The notes under the pieces: generated by a model
Seen by the model: the letters and a program-made list of their open reading frames with translations, nothing else
The model's database searches: none
What the model was told of the DNA's origin: nothing
Shown: positions 17,441-27,547 of the stretch, one piece after another
Layout: every line of letters begins with the position of its first letter
Position numbering within the stretch: the stretch's first letter is position 1
Program-made: the position numbers and the translations under genes
IMG/VR virus record: IMGVR_UViG_3300044712_001292
Span: 39,000-102,999 of that record
DNA from: a virus
Length of the DNA stretch: 64,000 bases
Direction: 5' to 3' (one strand)

Positions 17441-19310
17441 AAAGCTGACGAACATCGGTGCGCTATTGATCAGCGAAGCCCTTCCCGAGGAGCTGCGTCA
17501 GGATCAGTACGACCTCAATAAGAAGTCCGTACACGACCTGTTCATGAAAGTGGCCAACACGTACCCTGACCGGTACAAGGATATCCTGCAGAAGCTGTCG
17601 GATGTCGGTGCCACGGCCGCGTGGACAGAGGGGGCGAGTGTTAGCCTCTCGGCGTTAAAGCGTTCAGCTGCGAAGGAGAAGGTGCTGGCTGATGTTCGCC
17701 GTCAGGTACAGTCCATCATCGACGACGATAACCTGACGGACGACCAGCGTGAGAAGGCCATTGTCGAGGCCCTCATCGACAAGATCGAGCCTGTACAGAA
17801 AGCGGTGTACGAAGAATCGAAGCAGGAGGGCAGCCCGTTCGTCATGCAGCTCGACAGCGGTGCGCGTGGAAAGAAGACGGATATCAACAGCCTGAGAGGC
17901 GCAGACCTGCTTGCTACCGACGCACAGGATCGCTTCCTGCCTGTCCCGCTGTGGCGGAGCTATGCTGAAGGCATGACCCCTGCGCAGTATTTCGCGGCAA
18001 GCTACGGACAGCGTAAGGGTGCGGTCGGCGTGAAGCTGGCTACTGCCGACGCAGGCTATATGGCCAAGCGCCTGGCGAATGCGGCACATCGGTTCGTTGT
18101 CAGCCGTGAGACACCTCCTCAGGCACGCCTGCCCGTTGGTCTTCCGGTACCAGTAAAGGACCGGGATAATGTAGGGTCATACCTCGCGCAGGACGCCGGA
18201 CCGTTGAAGGCAGGCACGTTGCTGACAAGCGATCACCTCGATGATCTCGAGGACGCGGGCGTCGACGAGATACTCGTCCACTCACCGATGACCGAGCCGT
18301 CTGAGGACGGCGGCATCAGCCGCCTCGCCGCCGGCAAGCGCCTGAGTTCAGGCCCAGCGCCTATCGGAGAGAACATCGGTCTTCAGTCGGCACAGACCAT
18401 CGGCGAGCGTCTCAGCCAGGGCGCTCTAGGGGCGAAGCACAAAGAGCTGTCGTCAACGACGGTTGACAAGTCCGGTATCGAGTATTTGAACAGACTGCTC
18501 GACGCCCCTGAGAACTTTCCAGAGGCCGGACCCCTTGCTGAGGAGGACGGCGTCGTCGGCAACATCGTGAAGGCTCCGCAGGGCGGCCACCATCTCTCCA
18601 TCGGTAAGCGGACCTATTACATCCCAGAGGGCATAAACCCGGTTGTAAAGTCTGGCGACCATGTGGAAGCCGGAGACGAGTTGACCGACGGAACACCCCA
18701 CCCGGAGCAGCTGGTGCGCCTTCGTGGTGTCGGCGAGGCTCGGCGGGTCTACATGCAGCACTTCCGCGACGCGCTGGCGGCATCCGGTGCGACTACGCAC
18801 CGCCGGAATCTCGAGCCGGTTGTTGCGGGACTGTTGAATTGGGCCCGTGTCACGAACCCCGACGGCATAGGCGATAACGTGTACGACGACGTCGTACCAG
18901 TAAACCGTCTTATAAGTCAATACAAGCCAAGGCCTAATGCGAAGGAAGACTCTCCGGATATGTCGGTAAACCGCTATCTGGAAGAGCCCGTACTGCACTA
19001 CACGCCGGGAACTCGTATTACGAAGCGGGTAGCTAACCATCTGAAGAAGTGGAATATCAAGTCCGTGTTCACGCACGACAGCCCTCCGGACTTCGAACCG
19101 CAGATGGTCAGGTCGATGTATTCCGTCTTCTACGACCCCGACTGGCGTACGAAACTCCTTGGTTTCTACACATCAAACGCGTTTATGCAGTCGCTACACC
19201 GTGGTGCTGAGTCTGACACGGCAAGCACGTCCTACGCCCCCGCCCTCGCCAAGCCGTCCGTTCTTGGCCGTCACCTCTCCTCCCTTGGCAAATACGGACA
19301 TGCCCGTTAG
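17433..19310 (+). CDS. rpoC: RNA polymerase beta' C-terminal subunit
   Basis: SGARG; bridge helix EGMTPAQYFAASYGQRKG...TADAGYMAKRL; trigger loop GENIGLQSAQTIGERLSQGALGAKH. Confidence 0.93.
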   Translation: MAEKLTNIGALLISEALPEELRQDQYDLNKKSVHDLFMKVANTYPDRYKDILQKLSDVGATAAWTEGASVSLSALKRSAAKEKVLADVRRQVQSIIDDDNLTDDQREKAIVEALIDKIEPVQKAVYEESKQEGSPFVMQLDSGARGKKTDINSLRGADLLATDAQDRFLPVPLWRSYAEGMTPAQYFAASYGQRKGAVGVKLATADAGYMAKRLANAAHRFVVSRETPPQARLPVGLPVPVKDRDNVGSYLAQDAGPLKAGTLLTSDHLDDLEDAGVDEILVHSPMTEPSEDGGISRLAAGKRLSSGPAPIGENIGLQSAQTIGERLSQGALGAKHKELSSTTVDKSGIEYLNRLLDAPENFPEAGPLAEEDGVVGNIVKAPQGGHHLSIGKRTYYIPEGINPVVKSGDHVEAGDELTDGTPHPEQLVRLRGVGEARRVYMQHFRDALAASGATTHRRNLEPVVAGLLNWARVTNPDGIGDNVYDDVVPVNRLISQYKPRPNAKEDSPDMSVNRYLEEPVLHYTPGTRITKRVANHLKKWNIKSVFTHDSPPDFEPQMVRSMYSVFYDPDWRTKLLGFYTSNAFMQSLHRGAESDTASTSYAPALAKPSVLGRHLSSLGKYGHAR

Positions 19311-19335
19311 ACTCTGGCACGGATAAGGATACGTC

Positions 19336-21522
19336 ATGCCCGACACCAATGAGACCATGCTGGAGAAGACGTTTTCGGACCTGGCGTATACTACGCTACG
19401 GGATCGGGCTTCGCCGCTGCTGGATTACCTGATCGGTTTCCAGATGCTCAAGCAGGAAGAAGAGGGTCGGCGTGCAGTCGGCATCTTCGGCTTCGAGATC
19501 GACGGCAAGGTCTACTACGGCCCAGTGTTCTTCCTGAACGGTGAGGTACGCGGGCTGGACTCGCTCTACTCCGTCGACGGCGACCTCTTCGTTCCGCTTG
19601 TCGAATCGTGGATCAACGCGATCATCAATAAGCGTCAGCTCGAGGTCGGCAAGGTCGATACACGCAGTGGCAATGAGCGCGGTGTACGTGTTCCGAGCTA
19701 CGTCCGTCTGAAGACGCTTCCGTCGTCGCACGGCACCGTCAACCTCAAGCTGGCCGCCGACCATATGCTGGCTGCCCGCGATTACGACGATGTGATCGAT
19801 GTGCCGGAGGCGCTGAGGCAGGCCGGTGCGGTGACGCTGTTCAAGGAGGCGATGGCTAAGCACCCACGCCTGCGTGAGGCAGTCGAGCAGTTCTACGACA
19901 TGATGGATTTCACGCAGCCACAGGCGCAGGAGAAGAAGGCAGCGGAGACCCGCCCCGTCACCCTGATCAACTCTGTGACGGCTGAAGGCGTGGACGCCCT
20001 GACCGACGAACAGCGCAAGACCATCATGGAAGGTGGAGTCGCTGTCATCGACAAGCGTCCGGAAGTGAATAAGTCGGTGCTCTACGCTACCGAGGCTCGC
20101 CGCGTGCTCGAGAACCCCACTGAGGGCGGCCTCTACGATGTCCTGTGGGCTGACGGTTCCGTCGAGCCTGCGTTCGTCATGCCGACCACCGACGCACTGC
20201 CGACGTTCTTCGTCATGCGTCTCAGCGACGGCAAGCACTGCGAGATCGACGGGCGGCAGATCTACACGCTGCGGCAGTATTCGAAGGCGGAGTACGCCAA
20301 GCAGCTCGACGAGGCCGGCAAGGTCCCGTCCGACGTAACGCCTGGCGACGTGGCTGTGTTCGCGTCCTACGACGGTGTATGCTCGGAAGGCTTCTGCATC
20401 CGTCAGAAGGATTCCGGCCTGAATGGCACGGTGGTGCTGACGCCGCAGGACGTGTACTACTGCAAGTCGAACGGCCTGTTCCGCTCCTCCCCGATCGGTT
20501 ACAGCGAGGCCCCGAGCCGTAACCGGTGGCGCCGCCCCAACCCGAATGATCGCGTTGAGTCCATCATCGTTGGCGGTTTCGGTTCCAAGGAGCCGATCTA
20601 CACCGGCAATAAGCTGGTTGTGAACGACAAGGGCTTCCGCGCCATCATCGTCAACCGTGCGAAGTTCCTATCGAAGGAGACCTACGTTCAGGAGGAGTAC
20701 ACCGAGAACAAGCCGGATGTCCAGCTCGCAGAGACGGATTTCGGGGACTACGACACTGTCATACGTCAGTTGCAGAAGAGCGCACAGGAAGTCGTAACCT
20801 GGCGCACCGACAACCAGATCAACATTCGTGATCAGCGTGGGACAGCGGTTCTGAACAAGACCGCCGCGATCGCACACCTGATCTTCAACCACGGACTGAG
20901 CGAGTCTGATGCTCGGCTGGTCGTTGATGGTGTACGAAACGACACGCAGACGTACTACGTCAAGTACGCCTCGAGCTTCGAAGGCTTCCAGCAGTTCCCG
21001 CCGGACGATATCGACCAGACCTACGGCAACGAGATGACGGCGTACATGCCTGGTCAGGTGCCGATCTCCGTGCAGTCGGTGCAGACACCGCGCGACAACC
21101 GCGAGTTCTACATGTATCAGTCGCCGTTTGCTGGCGGTGGTCATGAGGGTAACGGTATCAACAATCCGCTGAGCGAGGTCATGCAGGCAGCCTCAACGGG
21201 GCAGAAGGAAGTGTTCGACGCCTCCGTGCTCGGCTCCCTGCTGAAGTCGCATGCGCCTGTCGAACTGGTGGATCGGTTTATGCCGACCATCGTTACCGGT
21301 ATGGATCGTCTCGGTCGCATACTCTTCCTGCTCATGTGGCACTACGATGAGTTCGAAGAACGCTACGGCGAGAACGACCTGTCCGAGCTGCTCGACAACC
21401 TGAAGTCGACGTTCAATAACCTCGGCGAGGTCGTGATGTTCCTGAAGAAGCGTACCCTGGCCGGCGACCCCGACGCCTACGGCGTGGGTGTTGGCGAGAG
21501 CAACATTGCAGGAGATGTCTGA
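19336..21522 (+). CDS. Large head-associated hypothetical protein
   Basis: 728 aa; SD AAGGA; KLA, KKA, KSA, KTA and KYA motifs between apparent domains. Confidence 0.8.
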   Translation: MPDTNETMLEKTFSDLAYTTLRDRASPLLDYLIGFQMLKQEEEGRRAVGIFGFEIDGKVYYGPVFFLNGEVRGLDSLYSVDGDLFVPLVESWINAIINKRQLEVGKVDTRSGNERGVRVPSYVRLKTLPSSHGTVNLKLAADHMLAARDYDDVIDVPEALRQAGAVTLFKEAMAKHPRLREAVEQFYDMMDFTQPQAQEKKAAETRPVTLINSVTAEGVDALTDEQRKTIMEGGVAVIDKRPEVNKSVLYATEARRVLENPTEGGLYDVLWADGSVEPAFVMPTTDALPTFFVMRLSDGKHCEIDGRQIYTLRQYSKAEYAKQLDEAGKVPSDVTPGDVAVFASYDGVCSEGFCIRQKDSGLNGTVVLTPQDVYYCKSNGLFRSSPIGYSEAPSRNRWRRPNPNDRVESIIVGGFGSKEPIYTGNKLVVNDKGFRAIIVNRAKFLSKETYVQEEYTENKPDVQLAETDFGDYDTVIRQLQKSAQEVVTWRTDNQINIRDQRGTAVLNKTAAIAHLIFNHGLSESDARLVVDGVRNDTQTYYVKYASSFEGFQQFPPDDIDQTYGNEMTAYMPGQVPISVQSVQTPRDNREFYMYQSPFAGGGHEGNGINNPLSEVMQAASTGQKEVFDASVLGSLLKSHAPVELVDRFMPTIVTGMDRLGRILFLLMWHYDEFEERYGENDLSELLDNLKSTFNNLGEVVMFLKKRTLAGDPDAYGVGVGESNIAGDV

Positions 21523-21523
21523 C

Positions 21524-22009
21524 ATGTCCCTTCGTGAGACCTACGATCGCCAACAGGCTTTCGCCGTCGGCTTCGCTCTGGCAGCCCGTGACTGGGGACT
21601 CAGCGACGCAGAACACGCTGCTATGTGCAAGCTCGCCGCTCAGGCGGCCGCCCCGGTGCCTCCGCTGTCGGAGGACGCTCAGCGGGAGGCACAGCGTCAG
21701 AATTTCGTCAAGCAGCGTGCTGCGCAGGTCGCTAAGGGTGGCAAGCCTGCCCCCGCTCCTGCTGTAAAGCAGGGGGCTGACAATGGTCCTCCGCTCTACT
21801 TCGAGAATGATCCGTATGCTCAGCCGCCTGCTGCCAAGCCGGCCCCGACCCCGGCGCCAGCACCAGCTCCGGCTCCAGCACCAACCCCTGCCGCCCCGCA
21901 GAAGCCCGTAGCTCCCAAGGCTCCGGCCCCACCCGTCGACCCAAAGAAGACGTCGCCCGGGTCGCTGGCCCCGAAACTGCGTGAGTTTCTGAGGAATCCG
22001 TCTCCGTGA
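21524..22009 (+). CDS. Pro/Ala-rich hypothetical virion protein
   Basis: GGAG SD; N-terminal AFAVGFALAARDWGL..KLAA. Confidence 0.7.
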   Translation: MSLRETYDRQQAFAVGFALAARDWGLSDAEHAAMCKLAAQAAAPVPPLSEDAQREAQRQNFVKQRAAQVAKGGKPAPAPAVKQGADNGPPLYFENDPYAQPPAAKPAPTPAPAPAPAPAPTPAAPQKPVAPKAPAPPVDPKKTSPGSLAPKLREFLRNPSP

Positions 22010-22554
22010 AGAGCCCGCAGCGTTTTCTCAGGGACCAGCTCGTCCTTGCTCAGCACCATATTAACGATGCTGAGTCGGCGACGAATCGTGCAACGCTGCA
22101 AAGTAGCTTGTCTGATACGGAAGACATGATCCAGCGTATGGGTAGTGTCCTCCCAGCACGTGACCGCGTCAGTGTGAAAGCCGAGAAGTACCGTAAGGAA
22201 GCGGGGCTTGCTGACTCGGCACATCCTCGTACAGTAGCACCCAAGGATATATCCATGTCTTTCGCCGATCTCCTGAAGAAGGCCCATGAAGCTGAGATCA
22301 TCGACCGCGCCAATGCGTTCGACATCGGCTTCGCCCGTGCCGCTCACGACGCTGGTCTTGACGAGAGTCAGTACCAGGCCATGCGCAAGATCGCCATGGA
22401 TAAGTTGTCCGCGGACATGAAGAACGAGGCCCAGCCCGCCACCAACGAGAAGATGGGACCCGAGGCTCCTCAGCAGGAGAAGCACGAGAAGTCCGTCAAG
22501 AAGGTCAAGGACACCCCGAGCGCGATCGCCGGCTCGGGCCGCGGCTGCAAGTAA
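22006..22554 (+). CDS. Hypothetical virion protein; likely also or instead starts at ATG 22255
   Basis: SD AAGGA before 22255; AFDIGFARAAHDAGL..KIA is paralogous to the previous gene. Confidence 0.65.
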   Translation: MKSPQRFLRDQLVLAQHHINDAESATNRATLQSSLSDTEDMIQRMGSVLPARDRVSVKAEKYRKEAGLADSAHPRTVAPKDISMSFADLLKKAHEAEIIDRANAFDIGFARAAHDAGLDESQYQAMRKIAMDKLSADMKNEAQPATNEKMGPEAPQQEKHEKSVKKVKDTPSAIAGSGRGCK

Positions 22555-22560
22555 ACCTCG

Positions 22561-22606
22561 CGCATACGTAGGCTGTTGATTACTAACAGCCTACGTATAG
22601 TATGCG
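22561..22606 (+). promoter_or_regulatory. Inverted repeat overlapping putative promoter TTGATT-16-TAGTAT, 6 nt before ATG 22610
   Basis: ATACGTAGGCTGTT/AACAGCCTACGTAT arms (22564-22598). Confidence 0.6.
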
Positions 22607-22609
22607 TCT

Positions 22610-23398
22610 ATGCTTGCTCCTGACAAGCCGGATTGGCGCTGGCACGTTGTAACGCCGCTGCTGGAATTTTCCGCGGTACACGCTGCCCCGTATATTCAAA
22701 AGCTCGACCCAGCAACCCAAAAGGTCTACCGGTTCCGCCGGCAATTTCGTGACCGCGCGGTCACAACGCTTGGGGAGTTCGTCAACGCGCACGAAGTGTG
22801 GATGAACCGCCCGTATCAGCGAGCCGTGCTTGAGGGCCTCCTCGTTGGCGGAGCTACTGATGACGTCATTCAAGGGGAGATGGAGATCGGTAAAGACGAC
22901 ATCAGTGCCTACGTATCCATGTTTTTCGATATTCGCGGTCGGAAGCGCGTTGATATCGCTAACATGGTATTCCAGGGTATGCCCCATAAAGGGTTTCATC
23001 CGCAGGATCGCACCGGTTCGCTGCATCGATTGGGTTGGTTCGGGGGCCACAAGTTAATACGCGCTATCCTGGCCCAGGGTCTGAACGCTGACGAAGAACA
23101 GCTGCTGTGCGCCAAGGTCTGCCGTGATATCGTGCGTCGCCAGCTTCCGGAAATCGGCCTCAATACAGGCACGCAGTCGCAGTTCGCCCCCGATGTGCTC
23201 CGTCTGTCCACCGAATGGGATGAGGGCACTAAGACCGATGACGACCCGTTGTCCGAGGTTGCCGGCCACCTGGTTCAGTTGGTGCGCGGCCCGGGTAGCA
23301 GCGGTGGCGTGAGCGTTGCAGACCCCTCAGACCCAGCTAATCTCAACCTGCCGGCCGCTGAGCCGCCCTACGTCGTACCCCATGAGGCTCGCCCATGA
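22610..23398 (+). CDS. Hypothetical protein
   Basis: 262 aa ORF preceded by the promoter motif. Confidence 0.7.
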   Translation: MLAPDKPDWRWHVVTPLLEFSAVHAAPYIQKLDPATQKVYRFRRQFRDRAVTTLGEFVNAHEVWMNRPYQRAVLEGLLVGGATDDVIQGEMEIGKDDISAYVSMFFDIRGRKRVDIANMVFQGMPHKGFHPQDRTGSLHRLGWFGGHKLIRAILAQGLNADEEQLLCAKVCRDIVRRQLPEIGLNTGTQSQFAPDVLRLSTEWDEGTKTDDDPLSEVAGHLVQLVRGPGSSGGVSVADPSDPANLNLPAAEPPYVVPHEARP

Positions 23399-24681
23399 CT
23401 GAACTTATGTCCGACCAGCGTCACGAGCAGCTCGTGAAGGCGGCTGAAGACTGCATCGATCTGATGAACCTGGGTGCCCACCCAGATGCTGCGCTTCGTC
23501 ATGTGAAGCGTGCCTTCGACATGAACGACAACGAAGTTGTGCTTGTCAGCCACGCTGTGAACAACTCGAAGCAGCTCGCCCACCTCCAGACGGCGAGCGA
23601 CAAGACGACCCCGTGCGTGCTGACGAACGCCGACGCCGTCACCGGCGCGAATTCTAAGGCCGACATGGATACGCCGGGGGATCAGGCGGAAGCGAAGGCC
23701 GAGCAGCCCGACGCCGTCGAGATCAAGGACAAGGTGAAGAAGGAAGCCGCAGCTCCGTCCTATACGGAAGAGGCGTCGTATCGCAAGGTGGCTTTCGACG
23801 CTCAGGAGGCCATCGCTACCCTACGGAGCAGCTGGGGCACCCCGTCCGCAGACATGCCAGTGACGGATCTCAGCAACCCCTACGACGGTATCACGCAGGT
23901 GAAGATCGCTGCAGAACAGGCTCGGACCACGGCCTCGCGTCTGCGCGATGCGTCTTGCTCCTGCCTCGACAAGGTGGCGGAGGCTCTCGTTACCTCTGGA
24001 GCTCCCGCGTTCGCCGAGTTCGAGAAGGTGGCTCTTGCTGCCGGAGTGACTCCGGAGCTGATCGACATCATCTACGAGATGGGCCCGGCACATCTCGAGC
24101 TGCCGCGTCTGCAGGAAAAGGTCGCTTCGGAAGGTCGCCTGTACGTGTCGCCTGCGATGGGCGAGCTGCTAAAGAAGGCGGAGTCCGCCGATGCCCTGTG
24201 GCAGGAATCGGCTGACTACGAGGCCGCACGGCAGCATCTGCAGCAGCAGATCGATGAGTTCGAGCGCAAGACGGCTGCAGATGTAACCCAGGCGCTGCAG
24301 GACCTCGAGAAGGCCCCACAGGTAGCCGAGTCCCTCCTGCCGCTAGACCCGGAAAAGGTGACTGCCCTCGGCCCTGCGAAGGCGGCTCCGGTCGACAACG
24401 TCGAGAACCTGATCGACTACAAGACCAAACAGCAGCTGCAGAACACGCGTGCTCGGTCGCAGATCGAGTCGCTAATGCAGGACGATTTCGTCGGCAAGCA
24501 CGAGATTCCTGAAGTCGTCGAGTCGTACAATCGTGCCATGTCGGTAAATCCGAAATTCGGCGACGCTGAGGTGATGGCGTTCGTCCGCCAAGACCTGGCG
24601 AGCAAGAACGCCATTCCGCTGGATCTGATGATTCGCGCCTCGAACGCTCATCAGAAGACCCATGCCGGTGGTGACGCATGA
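23395..24681 (+). CDS. Helical head-associated protein
   Basis: 428 aa; at least eight K-x-A motifs. Confidence 0.75.
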   Translation: MTELMSDQRHEQLVKAAEDCIDLMNLGAHPDAALRHVKRAFDMNDNEVVLVSHAVNNSKQLAHLQTASDKTTPCVLTNADAVTGANSKADMDTPGDQAEAKAEQPDAVEIKDKVKKEAAAPSYTEEASYRKVAFDAQEAIATLRSSWGTPSADMPVTDLSNPYDGITQVKIAAEQARTTASRLRDASCSCLDKVAEALVTSGAPAFAEFEKVALAAGVTPELIDIIYEMGPAHLELPRLQEKVASEGRLYVSPAMGELLKKAESADALWQESADYEAARQHLQQQIDEFERKTAADVTQALQDLEKAPQVAESLLPLDPEKVTALGPAKAAPVDNVENLIDYKTKQQLQNTRARSQIESLMQDDFVGKHEIPEVVESYNRAMSVNPKFGDAEVMAFVRQDLASKNAIPLDLMIRASNAHQKTHAGGDA

Positions 24682-26198
24682 ACACGGCCGACCTCGCTCA
24701 TGGGCTCGTCAAGCACGCCGAAGAGGCTGGGGTGCTTGACGATAGTGAGGACCTCGACGCCGACCCGAGCTCTGCCGATCGTCGGCAGAAGCTGCGCATG
24801 GCCCTGTACGGAGTCGGTCTTCTGGGAGCTGGTGGTCTCGCTGCATGGGGCCTGTCTGGCGACTTGGGCAAGCGTCTCGGGTCGATGTTCGAAAGCGGCA
24901 AGCGTTCGCTGTTCGGAACGAGTTCCACCAGCGAAACGATGATGAACCCGCTGACGCACGGCCTCGCCGCTGGTGCAGCTGCAGCGGTTACGCGTAATGC
25001 TCCGGCCGGAAAAGCGCTGTCGGACATCGACGAGAGTGGACGTGTTAAGGTACGTCCTCTTCCGGAGAAGTCTGGAAGGCTGCCCGGCAAGGTGGAGGAG
25101 TTCGTTTCCGCCACAGGCCTCGTTCCGCGTACGTCTCCTGAGCGTGTTCGCAGCGACTACAACACGCTGTCATCGAAGGAAGCCCCTCAGGACCACTGGT
25201 TCGGGTCCATGCTTCGTACAGAGTCGCACCCGCCGTCGAGCGAGGCTGTTGATAACGTTCGTACGTTTCAGGACGAACTGAAGTCGAACGTAGCACCGCC
25301 CGCAGGAAACCTGACGGAAGTCCATAAGCCTACGCCTCCGAGCCCGTCTGCTGGCGCTAAGGCGATGAAAGACTACCAGAAGGCCCTCGCTGAGTACAAC
25401 ACGTACGTGCAGGCCAAGCAGGATGAGACCGTGCTGGGTAGCGTTCGCGCCGAACGCAACCCGCAGAAGTTCGTTGATGCCATAGCCGAGTACTCGCGCC
25501 TGCCTGCGAACACGCCGATGAACGCGGTCTTCTCCGGGGCCTTCTACCGCACGAAGGACGGCCTTATTCCGGTTGGTGCTACCGGGATGAACGCTGCCGA
25601 ACTGCTGCAGAACAAGAATAACATCGTGTTCCGGTCGCTGGATCCGAAGACAGGTGTTCTCAAGGATATACCCATCGACACGGTCGACACAGGCTTCGCC
25701 GGGTCCGAGATGGGGCGCGTACAGAGCCGCGGTCTTGCCCGCGACGCATCTGAACTCCTTGCCTCGCCGACAGAGAAGACGCGGCAGTTCCTGATTCAGC
25801 AGGCGCACGCTCCCAACGAACTGAGCCTGGCGCTGCAGCTGAAGGCCCTTGGCACCCCTGAGGCGGATACGCTGGGTCGCGCGCTGATGCAGAGCGGACT
25901 GCTTCGGCACTATACGGGGGCATACGCCAGCTCCCGCCATGTCCCTGATATGCGCTTCTCCCCGACGAACGAGGCGAGGCTCATCCAGCTGATTCGCGAC
26001 TACGTCCAGCCCGACACGCAGCAGCGTGCATCAGCAGTCATAGCGCTCGGTAAGGCTATGAACCAGCGCAGGTACCCGTCCGGCGTTCTTCCGCCGATCC
26101 GGCGTGCCGCTGTCGTCGGCGGGGCTACCGCAGCGCTGTCCGCCCTTCTGCAAACAGGCCTCGGGTACGGGGCGACGGGGATCCTCGGTCGTGATTAA
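24678..26198 (+). CDS. Hypothetical virion protein with Gly-rich hydrophobic segments at both ends
   Basis: 506 aa; N-terminal LVKHAEE. Confidence 0.7.
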   Translation: MNTADLAHGLVKHAEEAGVLDDSEDLDADPSSADRRQKLRMALYGVGLLGAGGLAAWGLSGDLGKRLGSMFESGKRSLFGTSSTSETMMNPLTHGLAAGAAAAVTRNAPAGKALSDIDESGRVKVRPLPEKSGRLPGKVEEFVSATGLVPRTSPERVRSDYNTLSSKEAPQDHWFGSMLRTESHPPSSEAVDNVRTFQDELKSNVAPPAGNLTEVHKPTPPSPSAGAKAMKDYQKALAEYNTYVQAKQDETVLGSVRAERNPQKFVDAIAEYSRLPANTPMNAVFSGAFYRTKDGLIPVGATGMNAAELLQNKNNIVFRSLDPKTGVLKDIPIDTVDTGFAGSEMGRVQSRGLARDASELLASPTEKTRQFLIQQAHAPNELSLALQLKALGTPEADTLGRALMQSGLLRHYTGAYASSRHVPDMRFSPTNEARLIQLIRDYVQPDTQQRASAVIALGKAMNQRRYPSGVLPPIRRAAVVGGATAALSALLQTGLGYGATGILGRD

Positions 26199-27486
26199 CA
26201 AACTCGTCACATCCAGTTCGTTCGACTTCGGCGATACGGCGTCACGCCTTGTTCCTCTGCATCGAGGTGGCGTCGACAGCCAGTGGATGCGGAAGCACGC
26301 ATCTGGCGATCTCTTCGCCAAAGAGATAGCCGGCTTACGTCCGAATAGCAAAGAGACGGTTCTGCACATCATCGCCTTAGGCGATGAGGAGACGTTCGGA
26401 CCGAATCGAAATGGTGACGCGTTCAGCAAGTCGGACAACGTGAACGCCCACGGGCTGTTCAAGACCATAGGCCATGTCTTCCGGAACCACAAGAATCAGG
26501 ACCCGGCTAAGTCCATCGGCAGAGTGCTCGCCACCGCTCACAACGATATCATGGATCGTGTCGAGCTGCTGGTAGCCCTCAATAACGATAAGTGCCGGAA
26601 CGAGGTCGAGGCCGTTAATAACGGTGAAGACATTCCGTTCAGCATGGGATCGTCGCAGGAGTTCGACGTCTGCTCCATCTGCAAGCATAAGGCTCCGACC
26701 GCAGCGGACCACTGCAGTCATATACAAAATATGCTCGGCGAGGTTCTCTCCGACGGTCGTAAGGTGTACATGAAGAACCCGAATCCGCGGTTCTTCGACA
26801 TCAGCGTCGTGTACAAGCCTGCCGACCGTATCGCCTATAGCCTGCGTAAGGTGGCGTCACACGGAGCGGCTGTCATCGGTGGTCACGAACTGGCGGAGAT
26901 GTTCGGCGTGTCCGCCGCCCCGTCGACAAAGGTCGCTACGATGCAGGCGCTCGCCGAGATGGTCAAAGAGATCCCCGCTGTCGCGCGTAAGGTAGCCTCT
27001 CCGCGGCGTGTTCGCGCAGACACAAAGCAGGAACTCTGCAAGGCAGCGGCTGCCTACGGTATCGACCAGCTTCTCGGTGCGCTAACCCGTTCCGGATTCA
27101 TGCTCGCCCCAGAAGACTTCGCGGAGATCGCTACCGGGGCTCCGGAATCCGACGCCGCTGTAGACGATGCCTGCGGGTGCGGGCTGCAGGATATTCTGGA
27201 CGACCACCAGCAGATCGAGGCGTTCGATCCGCCGCTCGCCCAGGACGTCATTCCTTTGTCGCAAGGCGCTCTGGACGACCTGTCCTGCTCGTGTGGGATG
27301 CAGCCTGCTGCAGCTCAGCGTCGGGCGCTCATTATTGTTATCCGCCCATCCGTCAAGGTAGCCTCTCACGCAGATCCTGTGGCCGTTCACGGTCTGTCGA
27401 TGCTCTATAAGCACTACAAGGTAGCATTCGCTCACGCCCACGCACACCGTCCTGACATGATCAGGTCAGTTGCGTCCACGTTCTAA
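26191..27486 (+). CDS. Prohead maturation protease (HK97/assemblin-like fold) with Zn-finger insert
   Basis: NRNGDAF, VFRNH..IG, FSMG, FFDISVV..PAD; CSIC..HCSH; lies just upstream of scaffold and MCP; GTG start overlaps the upstream stop. Confidence 0.8.
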   Translation: MINKLVTSSSFDFGDTASRLVPLHRGGVDSQWMRKHASGDLFAKEIAGLRPNSKETVLHIIALGDEETFGPNRNGDAFSKSDNVNAHGLFKTIGHVFRNHKNQDPAKSIGRVLATAHNDIMDRVELLVALNNDKCRNEVEAVNNGEDIPFSMGSSQEFDVCSICKHKAPTAADHCSHIQNMLGEVLSDGRKVYMKNPNPRFFDISVVYKPADRIAYSLRKVASHGAAVIGGHELAEMFGVSAAPSTKVATMQALAEMVKEIPAVARKVASPRRVRADTKQELCKAAAAYGIDQLLGALTRSGFMLAPEDFAEIATGAPESDAAVDDACGCGLQDILDDHQQIEAFDPPLAQDVIPLSQGALDDLSCSCGMQPAAAQRRALIIVIRPSVKVASHADPVAVHGLSMLYKHYKVAFAHAHAHRPDMIRSVASTF

Positions 27487-27489
27487 CTC

Positions 27490-27517
27490 TTGCGGTACGT
27501 AAACCCTACCGTAAGTT
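27490..27517 (+). promoter_or_regulatory. Putative promoter TTGCGG-16-TAAGTT for the scaffold-capsid operon (leadered, SD AAGGA)
   Basis: Same motif family. Confidence 0.55.
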
Positions 27518-27547
27518 AGCCCCCAGTCATCTTCCAAGGAACCGAAC

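Noticed and set aside
9321-19310. Host chromosomal rpoBC operon
   Set aside because: No ribosomal-protein context, highly diverged, split by phage genes and surrounded by virion genes
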